This document shows positions 1 through 20,334 of a stretch of DNA of 64,000 nucleotides, one piece after another. Source of the DNA: the human T2T-CHM13v2.0 reference genome, Homo sapiens; NCBI RefSeq assembly GCF_009914755.1, contig NC_060946.1; one strand, given 5' to 3'. Position 1 is the stretch's first letter. Every line of letters begins with the position of its first letter. The position numbers were made by a program, and so were the translations under genes. The notes under the pieces were generated by a model. That model searched no databases, was not told the DNA's origin, and saw only the letters and a list, made by a program, of their open reading frames with translations.

Positions 1-1681
1 AAAACCAACAAAAAAAAAACACTTGACTGATGTAATCTATTAATGAGTAACAGCTTCCTCAGTGACTTTGTAAGTTTTGCTTTCAGATGTGCCTCAATCA
101 TTTTAACAACTGGTTATCTAGGCCCAAATCCCTGTCAAATAATGGGTTGGCTACATAAGAATTAGCTGATAAGCTCATTAAAAATACAGATTTTTGGACC
201 AAAACTCCAGGAGATTCTGATTTAGTATTTGTGAAGCCTTAGAATCCATATAATTAAAATTTTCTCATTTTAAATAGATATTATGTGTATGTAATACACA
301 GGTCCAGAGGTAAGAAACAGTTTACAGCAAAGTTTCTCTTCTACCCCTGTTCCCCTGGCATCAAGTTCCCCTTTCCATAAGCTACTGCTGTTATCAATTT
401 CTTGTGTATCCTTACGGATAATTATTTGCCTAAGCAAGCACATATATATCCTTTGATTTGCATATTTAAAGAGCTATTCTAACCTTGTTTTTTCTAATCT
501 CATTTACAATATATGTTGGAAATGAGGGTATCTGCATTTTTAACAAGCACCCTAGATGATTTTGATGTGAAGCCAAATATAGAAACAACTCATGGACCCA
601 CGGTTGTGAGATTAAGTTCAATTCACTACGACATATTAGAAACTCAAGGACATTGAAGGATGCCCTCAAAAGTAGCCTCCCTTACTTGATTTCTGCCCCC
701 TCGTCTCACAGAGATGAACTAAATCATTCGCCAGTGTCTCCACAGAAGCCAGGAAAAACTAGCCATTCAAATGGATGCTGTCAAAGCTTCAATTTTCAAT
801 AATTGGAATTCTTTCCTGCTCATTGTTACCCGAAATTACAAACCTGACAATTCCTGTGTTACACAAGACATTCCTGTATTTAAGTTGAAATAAGGTGTGA
901 TCGTCACTGAATGAGGGCTGGTTTTTCTCCTGCCAGTTAAGTAGTTTAATGGAGCACAACCGAAATACTTTCTTTACTAATCCTTATTCACACAGCCTCA
1001 TCCAAACTTCCCCCAAAACTGCTTTCTTGCCATTTGAGCAAAAGCAATTAACTTAGAAACTGTGGGGAGAAGACTGCTTGGTGAATTCTGGAGTTCGGGG
1101 CTCCTCTTATCCTGACTTGACCTACCTGGGGGCGATGGCTGGGTCCCTAGGCAGCTCTATCTCCCCCATCCCACCTATCCCTGGGACTGCAAAGGGAGCT
1201 TCCTTTTGGCACTGAGACAAGGTTCTCCGAGAGCCACCCGACCTCCGCAGTGTCTCTGTCACCACGAGGGGCACCGCGCGGCAGGCATCCTCACCTTTCC
1301 TACACCGCGCCAAGGAGGCAGGAGTGCACTGGGCTACCCGAGCGAGGCAGAGAACCCGCCGGGATCCAGCGCTGGTTTACCCCACACCCTCGTCGAAGGG
1401 GCTCTCGAGGGCTCGGTTTCTGCCCAAGCCCCCTGCAAGGTGGAGGCATGACTCCTCCATCCCTTCCCCTTGAATTCAAACGTGAGGATGGTATCTGCGA
1501 GGCTAAAGCGGGGCTCAGATGGCCCAAACTTCAGACCACTCTCTTCTCCACTCGGCTTTTCTTCCATCCTCCTGGCCATGTGTCTCCCCGTGAGTCGTGG
1601 CCCAAGTCTCCCCACCTCGGCCAGGCGCCACCCTCTGGCCTGGCTCCCGCCCTCCTGCCCACCTGGCCCCTTCCCCCTCAC

Positions 1682-1769
1682 CCAGCATGATGGGGCTGAG
1701 CCGCCGGGCCAGGCCTTTGGACAGGTCGTACACGTAGAGCTTCACCGGATAGAGATTCGGCGGCTCCAT
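1682..1769 (-). CDS. DESI1: DESI1 (desumoylating isopeptidase 1, PPPDE2) first coding exon; remainder of gene lies left of the window
   Basis: Minus strand ATG at 1769 encodes [30 protein letters not shown] (recognised DESI1 N-terminus); 88 nt ending at phase-1 donor G|GTGAG (1681-1677). Confidence 0.95.
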
Positions 1770-2220
1770 TGGGACCCGTGGCGACGGCGGCCACGACGGC
1801 CCTCGGGCACCCGGCAGCGGCTTGGACCTTCCCGTACCCGACGGGAGTGCGAAGCGGAGGGAGAGGGGGGGACCGAGCCCGGGCCCGGGCTGAGGGGTGG
1901 GGGAGAGGCCGCCCTGCGCTGCTCGCGCCCCCACACCCGCTACCGGCAACGACTACTGTGAGGTGACAGAGAGGGGACAGGGAGGGCCCACACGGAAGAG
2001 GGGGCGGGGGCAGGGATGCACTTTTGCGCATGTGCTTACAGTCCTGACGTAGGAAGGGGCGGGGCTTTGCCGAAGGGGGCGGGGCTCTCGCTGATGGGTT
2101 GGCTTTCGTCAGGGACATAGGTAGAAGCTGGTTGGGGAGTGTGCGTGCCAGCCTGACGCGATATAGTGCGCACATGCGTGATGACGTAGGGGGCGTTGAT
2201 TGGGACCGAGTACAGGGCCC

Positions 2221-2275
2221 GCGCATGCGTGGATTGTCGTCTTCTGTCCAAGTTGGTCGCTTCCCTGCGCCAAAG
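2221..2275 (+). other. XRCC6: XRCC6 non-coding exon 1 (5' start approximate)
   Basis: Matches recalled Ku70 mRNA 5' UTR (GCGCATGCGTGGATTG...CGCCAAAG); strong donor CAAAG|GTAAG at 2275/2276. Confidence 0.85.
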
Positions 2276-2461
2276 GTAAGCGGGCCGTTATCCATTTGTG
2301 TTGTTCGCCAGCTAGGCCTGGCCTCGTCCCGCTTCGCTCGGTCGGTCTCGCGCGCCCCCATAGCCTTGCTAGAGGGTTAGCGTTAGCCTTAAGTGTGCGA
2401 ATCCGAGGAGCAGCGACAGACTCGAGACCACGCTCCTTCCTCGGGAAGGAGGCGGCACCTC

Positions 2462-2539
2462 GCGTTTGAGGCCCGCCTGCGTTTGAGGCCCGCCTGCGCT
2501 TGCGGCCCGCCTGCGCTTGAGGCCTGTCTGCGTTTGAGA
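2462..2539 (+). repeat. 17-bp GC-rich minisatellite, about 4.5 copies, in XRCC6 intron 1
   Basis: Units GCGTTTGAGGCCCGCCT x2, GCGCTTGCGGCCCGCCT, GCGCTTGAGGCCTGTCT, then partial GCGTTTGAGA. Confidence 0.9.
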
Positions 2540-2922
2540 TCTCATTGGGCGTGATTGAGGAATTTGGGGAGGTTTTTGGGCGGTATTGAGGACGAGGGGG
2601 TCCGTTAGTCAGCATAGAATCCTGGAGCGGGAATCCCTCACCGTCTAAATGGCGTCGGGGGCGGGACCTCCGGGATCTGGCTTCCGCGGGCCGCCGCCGG
2701 CCCTGAAACGTGAGGGATAGCTGAGATGAGGCAGCTACTGGGATGGCCCCCATGCGCATTTACATGCAGTCCGACTGCCGAGCTTTCGAGGCAGCAGGAT
2801 TTACCGTCCACATTCCTCACTACTAACCAAGCTTTTAGAACAGATCTCACAAGAACCTAGAGGTCGGTATTTTTTCGATTTAAATTTGCCTGTTACTGAC
2901 GTTAACGTCTTTCGCCTAGTGA

Positions 2923-3021
<99 letters not shown>

Positions 3022-3588
3022 TGACTTCAGCATGTAGTGCCATTCGGTGTGTGGAAGAAAGACCTTCCCTGCCTATCTCTGCTGGATGGACTTTGCTGTT
3101 TGATGGCCTGCCCTTCTCCTCCCAGATAATTCTGAAATTCTTTTCTTCCTTTGAACTTCGCAGAGCTACCCTAGGCTCTTATATGCAGATCTTACTCTAG
3201 TGTGCCCTAAGTTTTTTTTGGACACTGGTAGTTTGACATCTTTTGGTCCCTGATAAATGGCCATGACCATAGGTATTTTTTGTCATCTTAAGTGGTTCAG
3301 GTGAGACCCTTCTCATCCAGGAAAGTAGTGTTACCATTCCAGGACCTCAGTGTAAAAATGCCCCCACCCTGCAATAACTACACCAACCAAAGAATAAACG
3401 CAAGCAACACAGTTACAGGAAAGTGATTGATTCCCTCACTATAGCCTCCACGTTTGGGAGTGTATGTGCAGGCAACACAGTAACACATAAAACAAAGGAA
3501 GAGAAATAGGGGTACATGTAATCTTCATACTGGTTAATTTAACTCCTGAGCAGAAAAATTTTGAATATTTTTATTAAAAATGAGAAAC

Positions 3589-8810
<5,222 letters not shown>

Positions 8811-8948
8811 AAAAAGTCAGGATATTGACTTTTTTGGGGAGGTGGGTGTTGTAATTGGGAGGGAATGTAAGAGGGATTTCTGGGGTGTCTGGCAAGACTC
8901 AATTTCCTGACATAGGTGGAGATTTTATGGTTGTTCACCTTATAATAA

Positions 8949-9191
<243 letters not shown>

Positions 9192-9586
9192 TAAAAACAG
9201 TATTGGCTGGGCATGGTGGCGGCTCATGCCTGTAATCTCAGGACATTGGGAGGCCGAGACGGGCAGATCACTTGAGCCTAGGAGTTTGAGACCAACCTGG
9301 TAACATGGAGAAACCCCGTCTCTACAAAAAATACACAAATCATCCAGGTGTGGTGGTGCAAACCTGTAGTCCTAGCTACTCAGGAGGCCGAGGCGAGAGG
9401 CTTGCTTGAGCCCAGGAGGTCAAACAGAAAAAAGAAGTAGGCTCCTCCTCTTGCAGAGATGGAAGTATAAAGGAAGAAGGGAAGTTCCCACAGTTATAGT
9501 GTGGAAAAGAGTGAGTGATACTTGGGAGTTGACTACTGCCTGTGGTTGGGGAAGATGGCTACAATAAAAAGGCAACTTCAATTTTA

Positions 9587-9679
<93 letters not shown>

Positions 9680-9682
9680 TCA

Positions 9683-9982
<300 letters not shown>

Positions 9983-11409
9983 TCATTAGAGAAAGGCAAA
10001 TGAAAACCATAATGAGCTACCACTCACACCCACTATATAAACAAACTAAAATTTAAAAAACACCAGCAGAAAATAAGTGTTGGCAAGGCTGTGGAGAAAT
10101 TGGCGTGATTGACTGTACCTGACCTGTTCTTGTTTCTTTAAATTGAGGTTGTGTTTCATGTAACATAAAATTAACTATTTGAAAGTATACAATTCAGTGA
10201 CACTTAACACATTCACAATGTTATGCAGCCACCACCTCTATCTTATTCCAAAACATTTTGAATGGCTAAACAGTGGCGTATAGATATACATTCCATGAAA
10301 AGGAATGAATAATTGATACATACTACAAAGTAGATGAATCTTGAAAGTATTATGCTAAGTGAAAGAAGCCAGATACAAAAAGTCAAATATTGTATGATTT
10401 CATTTACATGAAATATCCAGAATAGGTAAGTTCTTAACGCAGAGGGGTGGTTGGTTACCTGAGGCACAGGGAAGAGAGGAACAGGGAGCAACTGCTCAAT
10501 GGGTATGGGGTTTGCTTTTGGGGTGATGAAAATTTTTTGGAACTAGAGTTGGTAGTTGCACAACATTGTGAATGTTTGTGTGTGTATTTATTTATTTATT
10601 TATTTTTATTATTATTTTTGAGACGGAGTCTCGCTCTGTCACCCGGGCTGTAGTGCAGTGGCGTGATCTTGGCTCACTGCAAGCTCCGCCTCCCGGGTTC
10701 ATGCCATTCTCCTACCTTAGCCTCCAGAGTAGCTGGGACTACAGGCACCTGCCACCATGCCTGGCTAATTTTTTGTGTTTTTAGTAGAGACGGGGTTTCA
10801 CCGTGTTAGCCAGGATGGTCTCAATCTCCTGAAGTGATCCGCCTGCCTCGGCCTCCCAAAGTGCTGGGATTACAGGTGTGAGCCACTGCGCCCAGCCTTG
10901 TGTGTGCATTTATGCTTTTTTTTTTTTTTTTTTTGAGTTGGAGTCTCGCTCTGTCACCAGGCTGGAGTGCAGTGGCACAATCTTGGCTCACTACAACCTC
11001 TGACTCCCTGGTTCAAGCGATTCTCCTGCCTCAGCCTCCCGAGTAGGTGAGATTACAGGCACGTGTCACCATGCCCAGCTAATTTTTGTATTTTTAGTAG
11101 AGATGGGGTTTCACCATATTGGCCAGGATGGTCTTGGACCCCTGACCTCGTGATCTGCTCGCCTCGGCCTTCCAAAGTGCTGGGATTGCAGGCGTGAGCC
11201 ATGGCACCCGGCCTTGCTTTTTTTTTTTGAGATGGTGTCTCACTATTGCTCAGGCTGGTTTGGAACTCCTGGGCTCAAGCAATCCACCCACCTCAGCCTC
11301 CTGTGTGGCTGGGGTTAAGGCATGTGCCACTATGCCTGGCACATTGTGAATGTATTAAATACCTCTTAATTGTTCACTTAGAAAATCTAAATTTCAGCTT
11401 AATTAAAAA

Positions 11410-13180
11410 GATTAGTGTTTCTTTTTTTTTTTTTTTTAATTTATTTTTTTTATTGATCATTCTTGGGTGTTTCTCACAGAGGGGGATTTGGCAGGGTCAT
11501 AGGACAATAGTGGAGGGAAGGTCAGCAGATAAACAAGTGAACAAAGGTCTCTGGTTTTCCTAGGCAGAGGACCCTGAGGCCTTCCGCAGTGTTTGTGTCC
11601 CTGGGTACTTGAGATTAGGGAGTGGTGATGACTCTTAACGAGCATGCTGCCTTCAATCCATTTAACCCTGAGTGGACACAGCACATGTTTCAGAGAGCAC
11701 AGGGTTGTGGGGTAAGGTCACAGATCAACAGGATCCCAAGGCAGAAGAATTTTTCTTAGTACAGAACAAAATGAAAAGTCTCCCATGTCTACTTTTTTCC
11801 ACACAGACACGGCAACCATCCGATTTCTCAATCTTTTCCCCACCTTTCCCCGCTTTCTATTCCACAAAACCACCATTGTCATCATGGCCCGTTCTCAATG
11901 AGCTGTTGGGCACACCTCCCAGACGGGGTGGTGGCTGGGCAGAGGGGCTCCTCACTTCCCAGTAGGGGCGGCCGGGCAGAGGCGCCCCTCACCTCCCGGA
12001 CAGGGCTGCTGGCCGGGTGGGGGGATGACCCCCCCACCTCCCTCCTGGACGGGGCGGCTGGCAGGGCGGGGGGCTGACCCCCCCACCTCCCTCCCGGACG
12101 GGGCGGCTGGCCAGGCAGAGGGGCTCCTCACTTCCCAGTAGGGGCGGCTGGGCAGAGGCGCCCCTCACCTCCCGGATGGGGCGGCTGGCCTGGCTGGGGC
12201 TGACCCCCCACCTCCCTCCCGGACGGGTCGGCTGCTGGGCGGAGAGGCTCCTCACTTCCCAGATGGGGTGGCTGCCGGGCGGAGGGGCTCCTCACTTCTC
12301 AGACGGGGCGGCTCCCGGACAGAGGGGCTCCTCACTTCTCCGACGGGGCGGTTGCCGGGTGGAGGGTCTCCTCCCTTCTCAGATGGGGCGGCTGGGCAGA
12401 GACGCTCCTCACCTCCCAGACGGGGTCACGGCCGGGCAGAGGCGCTCCTCACATCCCAGACGGGGCGGCGGGGCAAAGGCGCTCCCCACATCTCAGACGA
12501 TGGGCGGCCGGGCAGAGACGCTCCTCACTTCCTAGATGGGATGGCGGCTGGGAAGAGGCGCTCCTCACTTCCTAGATGGGATGGCGGCTGGGCAGAGACG
12601 CTCCTCACTTTCCAGACTGGGCAGCCAGGCAGAGGGGCTCCTCACATCCCAGACGATGGGCGGCCAGGCAGAGACACTCCTCACTTCCCAGACGGGGTGG
12701 CGGCCGGGCAGAGGCTGCACTCTGGGCACTTTGGGAGGCCAAGGCAGGCGGCTGGGAGGTGGAGGTTGTAGCAAGCCGAGATCACACCACTGTACTCCAG
12801 CCTGGGCACCATTGAGCACTGAGTGAACCAGACACCGTCTGCAATCCCGGCACCTCCGGAGGCCGAGGCTGGCGGATCACTCGCGGTTAGGAGCTGGAGA
12901 CCAGCCTGGCCAACACAGCGAAACCCCGTCTCCACCAAAAAAATACGAAAACCAGTCAGGCGTGGCGGCACGCGCCTGCAATCGCAGGTGCTCGGCAGGC
13001 TGAGGCAGGAGAATCAGGCAGGGAGGTTGCAGTGAGCCGAGATGGCAGCAGTACAGTCCAGCTTCGGCTCGGCATCAGAGGGAGACCGTGGAAGGAGAGG
13101 GAGAGGGAGACCGTGGGGAGAGGGAGACCGTGGGGAGAGGGATAGGGAGAGGGAGAGGGAGAGGGATTACTGTTTCTTTT
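11410..13180 (-). mobile_element. Full-length SVA retrotransposon (SVA_C/D-like), antisense in XRCC6 intron 3
   Basis: On minus strand: (CCCTCT)n about 13165-13081, Alu-like region, GC-rich VNTR about 12715-11920, SINE-R, AATAAA (11449-11454) and poly(A); TSD GATTA(G/C)TGTTTCTTTT at 11410-11425 and 13165-13180. Confidence 0.93.
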
Positions 13181-13276
13181 GTGTACTTCGTAGAGAAGAA
13201 TTTTCACAGATTTATTATATATCTCATGTCTCATAATTTTAGAATTTGGAACTGAACAGAAACTTTTCATGTTCTA

Positions 13277-13420
<144 letters not shown>

Positions 13421-13477
13421 TCAAAATACAAAAATTAGCCGGGCATGGTAGTGCAGGCCTGTAGTTGCAGCTATTCA

Positions 13478-13879
<402 letters not shown>

Positions 13880-13882
13880 TCA

Positions 13883-14245
<363 letters not shown>

Positions 14246-15395
14246 CTATGTCTAGAATGGGGACCAAGAATTTGCATTTCTAGTAAATTGTCAGGTGATG
14301 CTGATGTTACTGATTTGGAGACCATTACTTTGAAGAGCAGTGCTTTAACCTTTTTTAGACCGTGGACCTATTTTTTTTTTTTTTTGAGACGGAGTCTCGC
14401 TTTGCTGCCCTGGCTCTTGGCTCACTGCAAGCTCTGCCTCCTGGGTTCACACCATTCTCCTGCCTCAGCCTCCTGAGTAGCTGGGACTACAGGCACCCAC
14501 CACCACACCCGGCTAATTTTTTGTTCTTGTTTTTTAGTAGAGATGGGGTTTCACCATGTTAGCCAGGATGGTCTCCATCTCCTGACCTCGTGATCTGCCC
14601 ACTTCGGCCTCCCAAAGTGCTGGGATTACAGGCGTGAGCCACCGCACCTGGCCAACCGTGGACCTCTTTGAGGATATGATGACAGCTACATACCTTCCCC
14701 TCAAAAAAGATAGTACTCACAATTCTACCTGTAATTTCAGAGAGTTAATGGAACCCTTGATGCCTAAAGACCTCAGAAGAAAATGTAGTGTTAGGTAGGA
14801 AGGAAATGAGACATTCATAGATGAGCACAATTTGATAACCGATAATAAGTATTCAGTAGTTGATAAGCAATAGAAAACATTTTCTAAAATTCTGTTTTAG
14901 TTTTTGTTTTTAATTTTTAGAACCTAAAAGGAGCCCTTACCAGATTCTTTTAAAAGTTTGTAGACTCCTCAGAGTAGATTAAAATATTTATGGAAATGAC
15001 TACTTGCCATGTGGATTGTTGTCAGTGACTAGCTATAGTACATGTTCTGCATTTAAGGAGAGAATAGCTGTGGACGAAGGCCAGCTAGAGCTCAGGCAGG
15101 ACATGGAGGGGATCACCATGGTTGGTTTATTCCTCAGCTTTGCAGGTTCCAAAACTTAATTTTTTTTTTTTTTTTTGAGACAGGGTCTCGCTCTGTCATC
15201 TAGGCTGGAGTGCAGTGGCATGATCTCTGCCCACTGCAGCCTTGACCTCCTGTGCTCAGGTGATCCTCCTGCCTCAGCACCCCTGAGTAGCTGAGTAGTG
15301 GGGACTACAAGCATGTGCATGCCCAGCTAATTTTTTTGTTTTTTGTAGAGACATTGTTTTGCCATGTTGCCCAGGCTAGTTTCAAACTTCTGTAG

Positions 15396-15641
<246 letters not shown>

Positions 15642-16011
15642 TGAGTAGCTAGGATTACAGGCACGTGCTACCACATCCAACTAATTTTTGTATTTTTAGT
15701 AGAGTTGGGGTTTCACCATGTTGGTCAGAATGGTCTCGAACTCCTGACCTCGTCATCTGCTCGCCTTGGCCTCCCAAAGTGCTGGGATTATAGGCATGAG
15801 CCACCGCGCCTGGGTGAACTGATGAGCTCTTACAAGACCTGATGTACCAGATGCTGACATTAGTTTATATAGAGGGGTAGACCTTTCCTGTTACTGGAAT
15901 ACTGATGTCTTTAACTGGGTAGTTAAACAGTTTTATTTCAAGGATGCGCTTACTGGTAGTTATTGACTTATTTTCAGGTCACATGTACTTAAGCATTGTA
16001 ATTATTTTATA

Positions 16012-16346
16012 TAGTCATCCCTTGTTATTGAGGGAATTGGTTGCAGGACTCCCCGTGGATTCCAAAATCCGAGGATGCCCAAGTCCCTTAAATAAAATGG
16101 CATAGTATTTGCATATAACCTACACACATCCTCCCCTATACTTTAAGTCATCTATAGGTTACTCATAGTACCTAATACAATGCCTATGCATCACTTCATT
16201 CACATGGCTTCAATGTAGTACTTGGCACATGGCAAATTCAGGTTTTGCTTTTTGAAACGGGAATTTCTTTGTTTTTCCTGAATATTTGAGATTTGAGGTT
16301 GGTTGAATACATAGATGCAGAACCAGCAGATATGGAGGGCCAACTG
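16012..16346 (-). mobile_element. MER2/MER2B-like TcMar-Tigger non-autonomous DNA transposon
   Basis: Termini TAGTCATCCCT... and ...GGAGGGCCAACTG; internal MER2-like AAAATGGCATAGTATTTGCATATAACCTA. Confidence 0.7.
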
Positions 16347-17068
16347 TGTATATAAACTCTGTTTCCTGATACCAAGGTACTTGAAAGATCACATGACCTG
16401 TCCAAATTCAGCCAGTTAAGTAAGTGACATCAGTAGGACTCAACTCCAGGTTTTCTGATTCCAATGCTTTGCTTCGCCCCAACTCCCATAGCACAATTTC
16501 CTCCCTCTGATACTTCTTTTCCTTTTTTCTTGAGATAAGGTCTCACTCTGTTGCCCAGGCTGGACTGTAGTGGTGCAGTCTCTGCTCACTGCAGCCTTCA
16601 CCTCCTGGGGTCAAGCGATCTTTCACCTCTGCTTCCCAAGTAACTGGGACCCTGTGCTGCCATGCCCAGCTAATTTTTTTGTTTTTTTTTTGTTTGGTAG
16701 AGATGGAGTCTCACTATGTTGCCCAGGCTGGTCTCGAACTCCTAGGGTCAAGTGATTCTCCCACCTCAGCCTCCCAAAGTGCTGGGATTGCTACAGATGT
16801 GAGCCACTGTGCCTGGCCTGAATATACGTATTGTTAATTCTCTGATTTCAATGGCAGGGACTGCTTATACTTCTAATGTATACTTACTGCATTCTGGTTT
16901 TTGTTAAAATTTGATATTTATGGCCATTACTTTCACTGATTCATTACCCCTGAAGGTAGGGATCTTGCCTTATTTTAGTGCCATATACAAATTCAGTGCA
17001 CATATTTTGAGCAACTAATAGGTACTGAGCACTTATGGAGCTTCCATTTAGTGGTAAGTAAATATTAA

Positions 17069-17230
<162 letters not shown>

Positions 17231-17485
17231 TAATATTTTAAGATCAGCTTTTCCCTTATATATGAGAATATCAGTACTCTGATCAAAGAGGACTGTGGAG
17301 AAGGAAGCAAGTTACATCTTGTCTAGGAGTATGCTTTCCTCCATAAGGGGACCTTGCTCGATGTGGACTTTGTTAAATGGGTTAAACAGCTCTGGGGTGA
17401 AAAAGGGTCCTTCTGTTAGTCTTGTGGTAAAGGCAGCCACTGACATTCTTCTGATTTTTCTTTCCATTTGACTCCCTGCCTCTGA

Positions 17486-17767
<282 letters not shown>

Positions 17768-18015
17768 TAAATTGGCACTTAATTATTGTTTTTTTATTTT
17801 TTATTTTTTTAGGAGTTCAGGAGTCTTGGCTCAGCCTCAGCCTCCCAAGTAGCTGGGACTATAAGCATGTGCTGTTGTGCCCAGTGCAGTTTTATTGCTT
17901 TCTGTGTACCTGACTTCAGGCATGTGCTTTTTACCATTTAGAATAAAATAAAAAAATAAAGTGAAGCCAGAAGATGCCTGTGTAACATTAACACTGCAGA
18001 TGGCCATGCCATTAG

Positions 18016-18216
<201 letters not shown>

Positions 18217-18537
18217 TAGCTAATTTTTGTATTTTTAGTAGAGATGGGGGTTTCACCACGTTGACCAGGCTGGTCTCGAACTCTGGACCTCAGATGATCC
18301 ACCACCTCGCCCTCCCAAAGTGCTGGGGATGACAGATGTGAGCCACTGTGCCTGGCCAGTTGTCTTGACTTTAATATTACCACGAATGGTGATTATTTGA
18401 AAAGTTGTCTGAAGTCATTATAGCAGTTGGTTTCCTTAGTCACTTTTTCTAAGTCCTGAAAATGTTAATAGTCTAGTTTTCAGGGAGCTTTTAAAAGCAT
18501 GTTTCAGTTTTAACTGAAAGAACTTCTCACTTGCTGA

Positions 18538-18840
<303 letters not shown>

Positions 18841-19213
18841 TAATCCCAACAGTTTGGGAGGCCAAGGCAGGCGGATTGCTTGAGCCTAGGAGTTGAGACC
18901 AGCTTGGGCAACATGGCAAGACCCTCTCTCTACCTAAAAAAAAAAAAAAAAAAAATCAGAAGCAATGCACTGCTACACATTGCTTAACAAACCAGAAGCA
19001 ATACATTGCTCTGACCTGACTGGCTACTTAACTCGACTATGCCACTGCCTCACTGTCTTCCTCTAAAATAGTTTATTTCAGGATAGCAGAAGCTATTTGC
19101 TGCTTTATCTCTGGCAAGAGCTGGCATGATATTTCTCTAAAGTAACACAGCCCTCCATTTCGTGGGGGTAGACAGTTATGGTCTAAGAGTATCCTTAGCT
19201 GTACTCACTAGTA

Positions 19214-20094
19214 CAGTCATGTGTTAATTAATGATAGGGATACCTTCTTAGAATTGCGTCATTAGGCGATTTTGTCATTGTGCAAACATAGAGGGTACTT
19301 CACACACCCAGAGAGTACAGCTTGACTACACACCTGGGCTGTGTGGTTAGCCTGTTGCTCTTAGGCTACAAACCTGTATAGCATATTACCATACTGTTTA
19401 CTGTAGGCAATGGTAAGTATTTGTGTATCTAAATGTATCTAAAGGTATAGAAAAGGTACAATAAAAATATGATATAGGCCAGACACGGTGGCTCACGCCT
19501 TGTAATCCCACCACTTTGGGATGCCGAGGCGGGTGGATCACAAGTTCAAGAGATTGAGACCATCCTGGCCTACATGGTGAAACCTTGTTCTCTACTAAAG
19601 ATACAAAAATTAGCTGGACGTGATGGCGCGCGCCTGTAGTCCCAGCTACTCAGGAGGCTGAGAATCGCTTGAACCCAGGAGTCAGAGGTGGCAGTGAGCC
19701 AAGATCATGCCACTGCACTCCAGCCTGGTGACAAAGTGAGACTCCGCCTCAAAAAAAAAAAAAAAAAAAAAAGAAATATGGTATAAAGATAAATGGTATA
19801 CCTGCATAGGGCACTTACCACGAATGGAACTTACAAGACTAGAAGTGGCTCTGAGTGAGTAGTGAGTGAAAGTGAAGGCCTAGGACATGACTGCATACTT
19901 TTATATAACTGGCAGCACAGTAGGTTTGTTTACACAGCATCACTACAGATGCATGAGTGATGCCTTGTGCGACAAACTTACGACAGCTATGATGTCAGTA
20001 GGTGACAGGAAATTTTGAGCTTCATTATCATCTTAACAGACCATCATTGTATGTGCGCCCTATTGTTGACCAAAATGTTAGTGGTGCATGAGTG
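19214..20094 (+). mobile_element. Tigger3-family (MER7/Golem-like) relic with nested Alu (about 19478-19775)
   Basis: CAGTCATG...CATGAGTG termini; Tigger3-type TAGGCTACAAACCTGTATAGCAT and AAGGTACAATAAAAATAT. Confidence 0.7.
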
Positions 20095-20301
20095 TGCATT
20101 ATTTGCTTTATTCTTCTCTGTAAATTGGTGACAACAATACCTGCCTCATTAGGTTACTGTGAAGAGTTAGTGAAGAGCACAAAACAGAGCCTGTTAGGGA
20201 GCAAAAACTCATAAATGTTAGTTATGATCATTGTTAAAATTGTGTCATTCTGATTTCTTATAAACCTGAGACCAATGGGAACCAGATTGCTAGATTCTTT
20301 T

Positions 20302-20334
<33 letters not shown>

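Larger units (their letters stand above)
1250..2790. promoter_or_regulatory. CpG island / bidirectional promoter shared by DESI1 and XRCC6
   Basis: Very high GC and CpG density; divergent first exons; GC boxes (GGGGCGGGG), NRF1-type GCGCATGCG at 2221-2229 and TGCGCATGTGC at 2025-2035, half-CRE TGACGT at 2045 and 2182. Confidence 0.9.

Noticed and set aside
2462-2539. Short repeat array as CRISPR-like
   Set aside because: Head-to-tail repeats with no unique spacers, in human DNA with no cas genes
1122-2850. Long overlapping ORFs (e.g. 1678-2361, 2109-2759, 1470-1961)
   Set aside because: Stop-poor GC-rich CpG island; low-complexity Arg/Pro/Gly products; only the DESI1 segment matches a known protein
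11989-13270. ORFs up to 167 aa in GC-rich repeats
   Set aside because: SVA VNTR and Alu-like domain; repetitive translation
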